Source of the DNA: Candidatus Altiarchaeales archaeon | GTDB taxonomy: Archaea; Altiarchaeota; Altiarchaeia; IMC4; SCGC-AAA252-I15 | Direction of reading: 5' to 3' | NCBI GenBank assembly: GCA_014727915.1 | Contig: WJMO01000005.1 | Coordinates: 32,001 to 96,000 of the forward strand | Length of the DNA: 64,000 nucleotides | Shown: piece after piece, positions 9,986 to 18,828 of the stretch | Position numbering within the stretch: position 1 is the first letter of the stretch | Layout: every line of letters starts with the position of its first letter | Notes under the pieces: generated by a model | Databases searched by the model: none | Told to the model about the DNA's origin: nothing | What the model saw: only the letters and a program-made list of their open reading frames with translations | Position numbers and translations under genes: made by a program

Positions 9986-11458
9986 CTATCCTTGCCTGTG
10001 GGTGCTGCCCGTGCTCAGCTGCATTCTTGTGAATCCGTCCAATATGGCCTTCGCTCTCCCCTGGTAGTGCTCTCTGGTGCCCGGGGGCAGGGCTTGTGTC
10101 AGCTCTCCCGTGTATCCTGCGAAACTCTCAGGGCTCATCTGCACCGCAACGGTCAGGTCCGCTATGGTCGGGGGCCCCATAACAGTGGAATTCAAAGCCC
10201 TATCAGATGGCGTATTCCTCACTCTCTCGGACGCGTACTTCAACGCCCGGGCGAAACACAACTCACCCGGCTCGCTAGCCTGTATCGTGGGATTTCCCTG
10301 CGGATAGGCTTGTTTCGCCCTCTCGGCCTGGCCGCGGAGGCACTCTCCCCTAACCCATCCTGCGACCTGGTTGACGTAGCGGGCGGCGTTCATGTAGGCG
10401 CTCCTCGCGGTAGCAACCTGCTTTTCATCAGCGGTGGCAGACGTCCGCCTGGCCATCTGGTCCATTGCCACTTGGCTCAGGTGCTCGTCGAGGGTCAGAC
10501 CCCTGCGCTGGGCTGCCCGGGTCATCTCAGATATCCTCTGCCCTATGTAGAGCTTGACGGCATTCGGGTTCTCAAGCTGGGGGTTGGACTTCAGGAACTC
10601 CGCGTCGGAGGCTGGGAACTCCCTGCCACACGCCGCCTCGGCGATGCGCGCGCTCTGCCTCATGATCTGAGCCTGGCTTCCGGGGTTTTCCATGTCGCTT
10701 CCCCGGTTGGGACAGTTCTTCATGTCAACCGTTAGAACGCCGAGCTTCACATCCGACTCCGCGTTTGGAGCGGCTGGTATGTTCTGCTGTACTGCCCCAG
10801 CAGCTGGGACGCTGCCTGTGACCGGCGGGGCCTGGACTTCACGAGCCCGCGGGGGTGCTGGGGCAGCTGGAGGTGTCGGGGGATATCCTACTCTCTGAGG
10901 TGCGACCTGCTCTGGCATGGTCTGCGGGGGCAACACGACCGGCGGCTGTTTTGTCTGCCGGACTACCGGCGGCGGCTCGACCTCCCCCTCCCTATGCCCC
11001 GGTGCCGGCGGCGGCTTTGGAGACTGCCTGATTCCCGTCCTTGGAAGGGGCGGAGGCCTGATGTTTCTGGTGGAGGTCGCAGGCTGGTCTGATGTCACCT
11101 CCCTACCTTCTGATATGAAGCTGAAAGCGTAGCATTTGTCTACTGCAGACTTCCTCTCAGGGTTTATGACTCCTCCTGTTCTGAGGTCGGCGAGGGCGTC
11201 CCCGAAGAAGCTCTGGACCTTAAGCTGAGTGTCCAAGTCTGGGGTGTCGGTCTCCCCCTGGACTTTCTTTATTGCGGACAGTCCTCTCTGCCCCATTGCC
11301 TCGATCTGCTGGTGGGTGCTGCCCGGGGGAACGACCTCCTCGTTTCCCGGCCTCAGATGCACGTATAGTGTGAGCTTCTCCTGCCTGTCGTGGCCGTGGT
11401 CTCCGACTTGGGCTTTGACGCTCTCTATGTGCTCCTCCCTAATCTGTTTTACGGCCAC
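9986..11458 (-). CDS. hypothetical protein: shared N-terminal domain, Pro-rich linker, helical C-terminal domain (insert gene 3)
   Basis: 490-aa ORF with GTG start; MAVKQIREEHIESV N-terminus; Pro-rich linker. Confidence 0.75.
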   Translation of the reverse strand: MAVKQIREEHIESVKAQVGDHGHDRQEKLTLYVHLRPGNEEVVPPGSTHQQIEAMGQRGLSAIKKVQGETDTPDLDTQLKVQSFFGDALADLRTGGVINPERKSAVDKCYAFSFISEGREVTSDQPATSTRNIRPPPLPRTGIRQSPKPPPAPGHREGEVEPPPVVRQTKQPPVVLPPQTMPEQVAPQRVGYPPTPPAAPAPPRAREVQAPPVTGSVPAAGAVQQNIPAAPNAESDVKLGVLTVDMKNCPNRGSDMENPGSQAQIMRQSARIAEAACGREFPASDAEFLKSNPQLENPNAVKLYIGQRISEMTRAAQRRGLTLDEHLSQVAMDQMARRTSATADEKQVATARSAYMNAARYVNQVAGWVRGECLRGQAERAKQAYPQGNPTIQASEPGELCFARALKYASERVRNTPSDRALNSTVMGPPTIADLTVAVQMSPESFAGYTGELTQALPPGTREHYQGRAKAILDGFTRMQLSTGSTHRQG

Positions 11459-11753
11459 CTTCAGATTCTCCAGTATGCTGTCTCTTTATATTCTCAAGCA
11501 GCTTGCTCTTCTCGTCGAGGTCGTGTATTATCTCCTCGTCCAGCCTAACCTTGATGTTCTCCACGTTCTTGGCGCCGAGCTTCTCCAACACCTCCGACGC
11601 GGGCTTGCCCGACAGCTTCCTGAGGAACTCAACGGTGTCCTCGTCCAGTTTTTCAGGGTCAACGTCGACTGTGATGTTCAGCTTGCCGGTCTCAGGGTCA
11701 GTGGACACCACAACCTCCCGGATACCCTCCTTCCTGATCTCAGGCTCCATCAC
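11439..11753 (-). CDS. small protein made mostly of the shared N-terminal domain (insert gene 2)
   Basis: IRKEGIREVVVSTDPETGKLNITVDVDP...LEKLGAKNVENI. Confidence 0.7.
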   Translation of the reverse strand: MMEPEIRKEGIREVVVSTDPETGKLNITVDVDPEKLDEDTVEFLRKLSGKPASEVLEKLGAKNVENIKVRLDEEIIHDLDEKSKLLENIKRQHTGESEGGRKTD

Positions 11754-11816
11754 ATATATACATTAAAAGAGGGGGTTATTTAATGGAATCCCCACACCCA
11801 AGGGCACAGTCTCCCG

Positions 11817-14093
11817 TCACATATCTGCCTTCTCTGTCGTGGCTGCTTTCTCAGCAGATTCAGTTACTGGTTGCTCTGCTCCGCCGGTCAGGCTGGCTAG
11901 CGTGTGTGCCACCACCCTCTGATGGTCTTCCTGTTCCATGGACTTGAGCCGGTCCGCGCCGAGGGCGCTCTGGTACACCATCCCGGCAATCAGCCGCGGA
12001 TCGTCCTTGCCGGTCTTTTCATCCGGGCCGAGCTCCAAGTAGCCTAGCATCTGCTCGGCGCCGAGCCCCAGGGACCGAAGACGTCCTGATATCTCGGCTC
12101 CAATCTGCTCTTGTGTCGCGCCGGCTGGGATGGGATGGGCCAACCTGTCCAGCAACCTCTCACGCTCACCCCCAGCTCCTGATTCCCCTCTCATTCTCCC
12201 GCTTATCTGGGCGAACATCTTTCCGTGTTCCGGCTCCCCCATGGACTCCAGCCTTTCATGTCCAAGGGCCCGGGTGTAAACAGCCCTGGCTATCATCCTA
12301 GGGTCGTCTGCCGGGTATTCCCCTGGTTTGGTGCAGGCTTCGAACTCCTCCGGGGTTATGCCCACGGCCTTCATCCTGTCGGATATCTCTGCGGCGACCT
12401 GCTCCGGCGGGACGTCTGGTTTAACAGGGGATCTTATCCTCTGCTCGATGCTCTGTCTTTCCCCCTCACCCTGCTCGGGAGGCTTGTGTCCCATCTTGTG
12501 AAGTATGTCGTTCACCATTCTGGCGTGTTCTTCACCGGTCATCCTGCCCTCACCGCCTTCCCCTCCGTTGACCCGTTCAGCGCCTAGTGACTGGAGGTAT
12601 ATAGCGTGCGCCCTGTAAAGCGGGTCATCGGGTCTCATGTTCTCGTCTGGCGGGGTCTGAACTGCTTCCAGGAACCTCTCGGATGTTATCCCCCCACCCT
12701 GCAACCTCGACCCTATCTCCGCGGCAATCTCGTCATTGGACGTTCCGGCGGGTATGGTCTCGGCCATGACCCTCTCCCTCATCCTCTCATCCATGGCTGT
12801 GGAGGGCCCGGCATCCTGTCTTGGAGGGCTTGCACCATCCGATGTTTCCCCTGCTGATCGCATGCCCCCCACCATCGCCAGCTCGTCCTCTGATACTATG
12901 CTCCCCAGCTCCCCATCGGTCAGGGCGCTCTCCTTCCTCCTTGCGGCTGCCCTGAGCCTCACCTCCCTATGGGCCTTCTGGTGGGGTCCCAGCCTGAAGC
13001 CCCTACCAGTATTCGGCGTGTACTCGTAGGGTTCCTCTATGAATTCGTTGCCCACCCTGAAGGTGAGGCTGTAGCTCTGGTCCATGCCGTTACGGTCGCC
13101 TGTGAACTCCCCCGACTTGTTCTTCGTGCCGTCGACTGCCGCGTTCAGGAAGTTCTGCGCCTCCAACTGGGTTTGCAGCTCGAAACCATGCGCCTTCTTC
13201 CTTATGGATTCCAATGAAGCCGGCCCAAGTTCTTCAAGCCGGTCGCTTGTCGGCTCCGGCCTTGGAACCATAGACTCACAACCCTCCCCTAACGTGACAT
13301 ACAATTTGACACCGGTCGGTGTCTTCTCGGCTTTGACCTCCTCTATGTCATCCGGCCTAATCGCGTCCGGGCCCCTAACAAAATCCCCTGGCTCTCCCGC
13401 CATAGGGGCTGCTACTGGACTCTCTGTTTTCGCCGTATTCACATCCCCGGTTGCAGTAGGGTCCCCGCCTGGAACAGCCCGTCTCTCAGCGGTCGCATCC
13501 TGACCTTCCGCTGAAGTTCTTACCTGCTGGTCTACGTCGCGCCTATCCTGCCTTTCCGATGTTGGCGCATCAGAAGTTGGGGTGCCGGGTCCTGGTGCGG
13601 TCGTAGCCTCTGGGTTAGCCGCTGGCCTCGGCGTCTCTGATGTTGCAGGTGCCGCCCTCTCGCCCTTTTCTGGTGGCATGTCCGCTGATTTCCCCCTTCT
13701 CTCGCCTCCTTTCTGCGCGGGCTGGGGCATGTCTCCTTCCACGAACTCGATCGTCTTGCACCCCTGGTCTATCAGGCCTGCCGTGATAAACGACAGGTCT
13801 CCAGTATCTCTTATCTCGTTGCCTGCCAGGTCGAGGAACTCCGCCGCCCTCTGCCTCTCATGCAAGCTCCTGTCTTTTGGGGATGTTCGGGCGTGTATTG
13901 CACTCAGCGAGTCCGCGCCGAGGTGTTCGAACCTGTCTGCCGGCCCCAAACCCGCGAACTCAGGACCCGGAGGAATAACACCCGCCTTCGGGTCCAGGTG
14001 AACGCGGATTGCCAGCTTACCATCCTCTCCCACTTCAGTGCGCACGCCCTTGATGTCCTCAGGCCTCAGCTGCTGGATCCTCTTGGCCATCAT
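11817..14093 (-). CDS. hypothetical protein: two copies of the shared N-terminal domain plus three ~90-aa helical repeats (insert gene 1)
   Basis: 758-aa ORF; internal repeats visible in the translation. Confidence 0.85.
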   Translation of the reverse strand: MMAKRIQQLRPEDIKGVRTEVGEDGKLAIRVHLDPKAGVIPPGPEFAGLGPADRFEHLGADSLSAIHARTSPKDRSLHERQRAAEFLDLAGNEIRDTGDLSFITAGLIDQGCKTIEFVEGDMPQPAQKGGERRGKSADMPPEKGERAAPATSETPRPAANPEATTAPGPGTPTSDAPTSERQDRRDVDQQVRTSAEGQDATAERRAVPGGDPTATGDVNTAKTESPVAAPMAGEPGDFVRGPDAIRPDDIEEVKAEKTPTGVKLYVTLGEGCESMVPRPEPTSDRLEELGPASLESIRKKAHGFELQTQLEAQNFLNAAVDGTKNKSGEFTGDRNGMDQSYSLTFRVGNEFIEEPYEYTPNTGRGFRLGPHQKAHREVRLRAAARRKESALTDGELGSIVSEDELAMVGGMRSAGETSDGASPPRQDAGPSTAMDERMRERVMAETIPAGTSNDEIAAEIGSRLQGGGITSERFLEAVQTPPDENMRPDDPLYRAHAIYLQSLGAERVNGGEGGEGRMTGEEHARMVNDILHKMGHKPPEQGEGERQSIEQRIRSPVKPDVPPEQVAAEISDRMKAVGITPEEFEACTKPGEYPADDPRMIARAVYTRALGHERLESMGEPEHGKMFAQISGRMRGESGAGGERERLLDRLAHPIPAGATQEQIGAEISGRLRSLGLGAEQMLGYLELGPDEKTGKDDPRLIAGMVYQSALGADRLKSMEQEDHQRVVAHTLASLTGGAEQPVTESAEKAATTEKADM
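11880..12780 (-). repeat. three tandem ~90-aa protein repeats
   Basis: AAEIGSRLQGGGIT..DDPLYRAHAIYLQSLGAERV / AAEISDRMKAVGIT..DDPRMIARAVYTRALGHERL / GAEISGRLRSLGLG..DDPRLIAGMVYQSALGADRL; boundaries approximate. Confidence 0.85.
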
Positions 14094-14300
14094 AGAAAAC
14101 TGGGAAACACACCCCTAAATACCGCATATTCAAAATTATTCAAAGAATTTTCAAAATAATCCTGACTTTTCCCCCTATAGTTGTTGTTTGCTGCTTTTAT
14201 ACCCTATTGGCGTAATATTATAGGTTTCAGATGCACCTGAGTCTGCCATTGCACTGGCAGAATGCAGGGAAGTATGTGAAGATCTGGGTGTGCAAATAAA

Positions 14301-14927
14301 ATGTACAAGATAGTTACAGTTGAGGACACGGTCAGGGTCCCGCCGGCTAGGTTCAGCGAAGACCTGGAGACCGTGATAACGCAGGAACTGGAGAACATGG
14401 TAGTCGGCAGGATAGACAAGAGCCTTGGAGTGGTGCTGGCTGTCACAGGCATCGACGAAGTCGGCGACGGGAAGATCATACTAGGCGACGGCGCAGTATA
14501 CTACAGCGCAAGATTCAAGATACTAGTCTACGAGCCAATGGTCAACGAGGTAGTCGAGGGCGAGGTCACTGAGGTCACGGAATTCGGCGTGTTCGTCGGG
14601 TTCGGCCCCATCGACGGGCTCATACACGTGTCCCAGATAACCGAGGACTTCATGAGCTACGACCAGAAGAACAGCTCGTTCGTGGGCCGGGAATCAAACA
14701 AGATACTCAAGGTAGCGGATGTCGTACAGGCCAGGATAGTCACGGTGAGCATGAAGTCCCGGGCCACGGAGTCGAAGATCGGATTGACGATGAGGCAGCC
14801 CTACCTGGGCAAGCTGGAGTGGATAGAGGACGACCGGAAGAAGCTCGAGGAGAAGATAAAGGCCGAAGACAACAAGGAAAAGGAGAAGGAAAAGAAGAAG
14901 GGCGGCAAGAAGGAGGGTGATAAATGA
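14301..14927 (+). CDS. rpoE1: RNA polymerase subunit E' (Rpo7)
   Basis: VRVPP, GDGAVYY, S1 domain GPIDGLIHVSQI, KIGLTMRQPYLGKLEWI. Confidence 0.97.
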   Translation: MYKIVTVEDTVRVPPARFSEDLETVITQELENMVVGRIDKSLGVVLAVTGIDEVGDGKIILGDGAVYYSARFKILVYEPMVNEVVEGEVTEVTEFGVFVGFGPIDGLIHVSQITEDFMSYDQKNSSFVGRESNKILKVADVVQARIVTVSMKSRATESKIGLTMRQPYLGKLEWIEDDRKKLEEKIKAEDNKEKEKEKKKGGKKEGDK

Positions 14928-15100
14928 GGGCCTGCAAGTCATGCATGCGGTTGAGCGAGGAGGAGCGCTGTCCAGTCTGCGGCTCCAACACGAGCCAGTA
15001 CTGGAGCGGCTACTTCGCAGTATTGGATCCTGAGACCTCACAGATAGCGAAGAAGATGGGCATAAAGTCCCCCGGCCAGTACGCGCTCAAGGTGAGGTAG
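14924..15100 (+). CDS. spt4: transcription elongation factor Spt4 (RpoE'')
   Basis: Not in the ORF track. My translation: MRACKSCMRLSEEERCPVCGSNTSQYWSGYFAVLDPETSQIAKKMGIKSPGQYALKVR. Confidence 0.95.
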   Translation: MRACKSCMRLSEEERCPVCGSNTSQYWSGYFAVLDPETSQIAKKMGIKSPGQYALKVR

Positions 15101-15105
15101 ATTGC

Positions 15106-15594
15106 ATGGAGTTGACGCCCCGGCTCAGGGAAGAGCTGAAGAAGCCCCTCGGCGACGTAGTGACGGAAACATCCAAGATTCCCGTTGACGCGCCGCTCAT
15201 ATGCGTCGGTGACACCGCATCGGACACGATGCTCTCAGCGGGCTACAAGCCCAAGCTCCTAGTCTATGACGGCAGGACCGGAAGGCACGAGATCGGCGTG
15301 TCGGAGACGATAAGCTCATACGATGCCGTGGAGCGAACCGTCGCTAACCCGCCCGGAAAGCTTGAGGAAGGCGTTTTCGAGCTGTTCAGGGAGGTCTTGG
15401 ATGGCGGTGGGCCTGGCAGGGTCTACGTCGAAGGCGAGGAGGATTTGACCGCGCTCGCGGCCATAAGGGAGGCTGCAGTCGGTTCGGTGGTCGTCTACGG
15501 GCAGCCGGGCGAGGGCCTGGTAGTCGTGGACGTCAACGAGAAAACGAAAAATAGGGTTAACAAGATAATCGAGGATATGGAAGATGGAAGTTGA
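15106..15594 (+). CDS. GTP-dependent dephospho-CoA kinase (DUF359)
   Basis: LKKPLG, VGD, NPPG, VEGEEDL and YGQPGEG motifs. Confidence 0.92.
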   Translation: MELTPRLREELKKPLGDVVTETSKIPVDAPLICVGDTASDTMLSAGYKPKLLVYDGRTGRHEIGVSETISSYDAVERTVANPPGKLEEGVFELFREVLDGGGPGRVYVEGEEDLTALAAIREAAVGSVVVYGQPGEGLVVVDVNEKTKNRVNKIIEDMEDGS

Positions 15595-16090
15595 TATGAT
15601 CGAGGACAAGGAGAACCCCCTCCTAAACAGGAGGGAGATACGGTTTAAGGTGTCCTACCAGGGTCCGACCCCTGCCAGGCAGGATGTGCGGAGCAAGATA
15701 ATTGCGATGCTGAACTTGGACAAGGAACTCACCCTGTTGGACAAGCTGGATCCTCAGCAGGGGTCCCAGGTTGCGCTTGGATACCTTAAGTCCTACGGTG
15801 ACAAGGCTGCGATGTCCATAGAGCCGGAGTACCTGTTGAAGAGGAACTTCGAGGTCAAGGAGGAGCCGAAGGAAGACGGTGGCTCGCCTCCCTCAGGTGA
15901 TGATGGGGGCAGCCCGGACGGAGAGGGCGAAAGCGGCGGTGACAAGGCCGCGGCTGAGGGCGGAGACGCTAAGTCTGAGAAGTCTGGGGCAGGCAAGCCG
16001 GATGAGAAGGCGGAGAAGGATGATGAGAAAGGCGAGGATAAGGCTAAGGCAGGCTCTGAAGACGAGACCGGCCCTAAGGAGGGTGAGTGA
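15584..16090 (+). CDS. rps24e: 30S ribosomal protein S24e with long acidic/Gly C-terminal extension
   Basis: [11 protein letters not shown]...TPARQDVR; conserved synteny. Confidence 0.93.
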   Translation: MEVDMIEDKENPLLNRREIRFKVSYQGPTPARQDVRSKIIAMLNLDKELTLLDKLDPQQGSQVALGYLKSYGDKAAMSIEPEYLLKRNFEVKEEPKEDGGSPPSGDDGGSPDGEGESGGDKAAAEGGDAKSEKSGAGKPDEKAEKDDEKGEDKAKAGSEDETGPKEGE

Positions 16091-16323
16091 TGGCTAAAGG
16101 CAAGAAGAAACGCAGGGAAAGGGAGAGGAAGGAGAAGGTGCCCAAGAGGAAGAGCGCCAAGTGGAAGGTATATGATGTCTCAGGAGAGGCTGTTAAGAGG
16201 AGTCTGAAATCATGCCCCAAATGTGGTGACGGCGTTTTCCTAGCGGACCATAAGACGCGCATGACCTGCGGGAAATGCGGTTACACGGAGTTCACCCGAA
16301 AGGGAGAAGAGGAAGAAAAATAG
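16090..16323 (+). CDS. rps27ae: 30S ribosomal protein S27ae
   Basis: [27 protein letters not shown]. Confidence 0.97.
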   Translation: MAKGKKKRRERERKEKVPKRKSAKWKVYDVSGEAVKRSLKSCPKCGDGVFLADHKTRMTCGKCGYTEFTRKGEEEEK

Positions 16324-16358
16324 GAGCACTTAACTGCATTCACTCCCAATGTTTTCCA

Positions 16359-16907
16359 ATGAGGGTCGTGGGTTTGGACCTGGCCGGAAGCCCTAAGAAC
16401 AGCACAGGATTCTGCATTTTGGAGGTTGAGGGCGGGAAGACCGTCCATACCCGGCTGATACACTCTGACGAGGAGATACTGTCGGATGTCACGTCCGCTG
16501 ACCCGGACCTCGTGGCAGTTGACGCGCCCCTCATCTACGAGGGTGTGCGCAGGAACTGCGATGACCTGCTTCGCGAATATGGTGCCCTGCCCGTGACCTT
16601 GAAGGGCATGGAGGTTCTTGCAGAACGCGGGAGAAAGATCGCATCCGACCTGAAGCGATTGGGCCTGGATTATATCGAGGTTTTCCCTACTGCGTCCGCG
16701 AAGATACTGGGAGTATACAGCAAGAACGACTTCACACTCCAGAAGAACATGATGGCATTGGACCTGAAGGGGGACCTGAACACCAAGATACTATCAAGGG
16801 ACGAGTTGGACGCGGTCCTCGCCTCGTTGACGGGATTCCTCTATCTCCAGGGCCAGTCCGAGCCGGTCGGCGACGAAAACGGCCTCGTTCACATACCTCT
16901 CGTCTGA
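16359..16907 (+). CDS. DUF429 family protein (RNase H-like fold)
   Basis: VVGLDLAG, VAVDAPL, IEVFPTAS, DELDA motifs. Confidence 0.85.
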   Translation: MRVVGLDLAGSPKNSTGFCILEVEGGKTVHTRLIHSDEEILSDVTSADPDLVAVDAPLIYEGVRRNCDDLLREYGALPVTLKGMEVLAERGRKIASDLKRLGLDYIEVFPTASAKILGVYSKNDFTLQKNMMALDLKGDLNTKILSRDELDAVLASLTGFLYLQGQSEPVGDENGLVHIPLV

Positions 16908-16943
16908 TGCTATAAAAGCGTCTAATACCATAGTTGAAACGTA

Positions 16944-18317
16944 ATGGGCGAATACGATTTCATCGTCGTGGGCGGGGGGCCGGCTGGAATGTTCGCCGCA
17001 TACGCCCTATCAGAAGCTGGAAGGAAGGTTCTGTTACTCGATGAGGGCAAGAACGTTTCAGACCGGCATTGTCCCATGGCCGAGTCTGGCGCATGCGTAA
17101 ACTGCAGGCCCTGCGATGTTATGACCGGACTGGGGGGTTCCGGGCTTTACAGTGATGGCACCCTGAACTTGAGGCCTGACATCGGCGGCGACCTCAGTCA
17201 GCTGACTGGCAGTGATGACCGGGCCTGGGAGCTGGTCGAACGTGTGGACGAGATATTCCTGCGTCATGGGGCTCCCGATAGGCTATACGGGGGGGACGAG
17301 GAGAAGATCGCCGAGTTGAAGAGGCGCTGTGCCTCTGACGACATCAAGTTCATAGACATACGTCAGCGTCACATAGGCACGGAGAACACTCCTGCGGTCA
17401 TCGAATCCATTGCGGAGCATCTGAGGGGTTCCGGAGTTGATATCATGGTGTCCACCAGGGTTGAGGACATCATAGTGGAGGATGGCCGGTGTGTCGGGGT
17501 CAAGACCGTCAAGGAAGAGTTCAGGGCTGGCGGCGTTCTACTGGCTCCTGGCAGAGTAGGGGCAAAGTGGGTTGATGAGCTGGTTGCTGAGCACGGTATA
17601 AAGGCTGTTTTCGGCCCTATCGACGTGGGGGTGAGGGTTGAGGTTCCAGCGTTGATAATGGAGTCCGTCATCGAGGTCAACCATGACCCTAAGTTCCACA
17701 TACGAACCCCAACATATGACGATTTTGTCCGTACATTCTGCACTAACCACCAAGGATGGGTTGTGAAGGAGAGCTATGATGGCCTGGTCGGAGTTAACGG
17801 GCATAGCATGCTCAAGGACATGTCTGGCAACACTAACTTCGCCTTCCTGGTGAGGGTGGCTTTGACTGAGCCAGTTGAGGACACGGTCGAATACGGCCGC
17901 GCGATAGCCGACCTGGCCACCACAATAGGGGGTGGGAAGCCGATACTACAGCGTCTCGGAGACCTCAGGCATGGCCGCAGGTCGCACCCCCATAACATCG
18001 CGGATAACCTGTTCGAGAACACGTTGAAGGATGTCACGCCCGGGGATGTTTCGATGGCGTTGCCTCACCGGATCGTCGAGGACATACTAGAGGGGTTGGA
18101 GAAGTTGAACGATGTGATACCTGGGGTGAACTCGGATTCCACATTGGTCTATGCCCCGGAGCTGAAGTTCTACAGCATGTGCGTGGAGGTAGGGTCCAGG
18201 ATGGACTCTAGCATCCCTGGATTGCACGTTGCAGGTGATGGGGTGGGGTTGAGCAGGGACATAGTTAATGCGGCTGCGACTGGTTTGCTGGCTGCTGAGG
18301 GAATGCTGCCACGATGA
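16944..18317 (+). CDS. NAD(P)/FAD-dependent oxidoreductase (COG2509-like)
   Basis: VVGGGPAG, Cys cluster [30 protein letters not shown]. Confidence 0.9.
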   Translation: MGEYDFIVVGGGPAGMFAAYALSEAGRKVLLLDEGKNVSDRHCPMAESGACVNCRPCDVMTGLGGSGLYSDGTLNLRPDIGGDLSQLTGSDDRAWELVERVDEIFLRHGAPDRLYGGDEEKIAELKRRCASDDIKFIDIRQRHIGTENTPAVIESIAEHLRGSGVDIMVSTRVEDIIVEDGRCVGVKTVKEEFRAGGVLLAPGRVGAKWVDELVAEHGIKAVFGPIDVGVRVEVPALIMESVIEVNHDPKFHIRTPTYDDFVRTFCTNHQGWVVKESYDGLVGVNGHSMLKDMSGNTNFAFLVRVALTEPVEDTVEYGRAIADLATTIGGGKPILQRLGDLRHGRRSHPHNIADNLFENTLKDVTPGDVSMALPHRIVEDILEGLEKLNDVIPGVNSDSTLVYAPELKFYSMCVEVGSRMDSSIPGLHVAGDGVGLSRDIVNAAATGLLAAEGMLPR

Positions 18318-18823
18318 ACGCGTCCGTTTTGAGGCTGGGTCACAGGCACAGCAGGGACAAGCGCATCAGCACACATGTCGCGTTGACTGCCAGGGCGTTC
18401 GGCGCCTCCAGGATAGTCTATGATGGTCGTGCTGTTGATGTTAAGGAGAGCGTCGATGAGATAACCTCCTCATGGGGTGGTGACTTCAAGGTCGAGTTCA
18501 CGGAAGGCTACCGTGATTTCATCAACTCCTTCGAGGGCTTGAAGGTTCATCTCACAATGTATGGCCTGCCCCTGGATGATGTGGTGGCCGACTTCGGCCT
18601 TGAGGGGGATATTCTGGTTGTGGTCGGAGGTGCGAAGGTGCCTTCGGATGTGTTTGAGCTGGTGGACTACAACGTTGCAGTGGGTAATCAACCGCACTCG
18701 GAGGTCGCGGCTCTTGCAGTGTTCCTTGACCGCATATTCGGGGGTGGTGAGCTGGACAGGGACTTCAAGGGCAGGATGAGAATTGTCCCTCAGAACCGCG
18801 GGAAGAAAGTATTGGAGGGATAG
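18314..18823 (+). CDS. trm56: tRNA (cytidine(56)-2'-O)-methyltransferase
   Basis: [49 protein letters not shown]. Confidence 0.96.
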   Translation: MNASVLRLGHRHSRDKRISTHVALTARAFGASRIVYDGRAVDVKESVDEITSSWGGDFKVEFTEGYRDFINSFEGLKVHLTMYGLPLDDVVADFGLEGDILVVVGGAKVPSDVFELVDYNVAVGNQPHSEVAALAVFLDRIFGGGELDRDFKGRMRIVPQNRGKKVLEG

Positions 18824-18828
18824 TCGAC

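Noticed and set aside
11439-11490. Possible frameshift fusing the 104-aa ORF to the 490-aa ORF (the second frame is open a few codons upstream, RDSILENLK)
   Set aside because: The GTG start gives MAVKQIR, matching the paralog starts MAVTLER and MAKRIQQ, and there is no clear slippery site. A 20-nt overlap is the simpler reading, though not proven.
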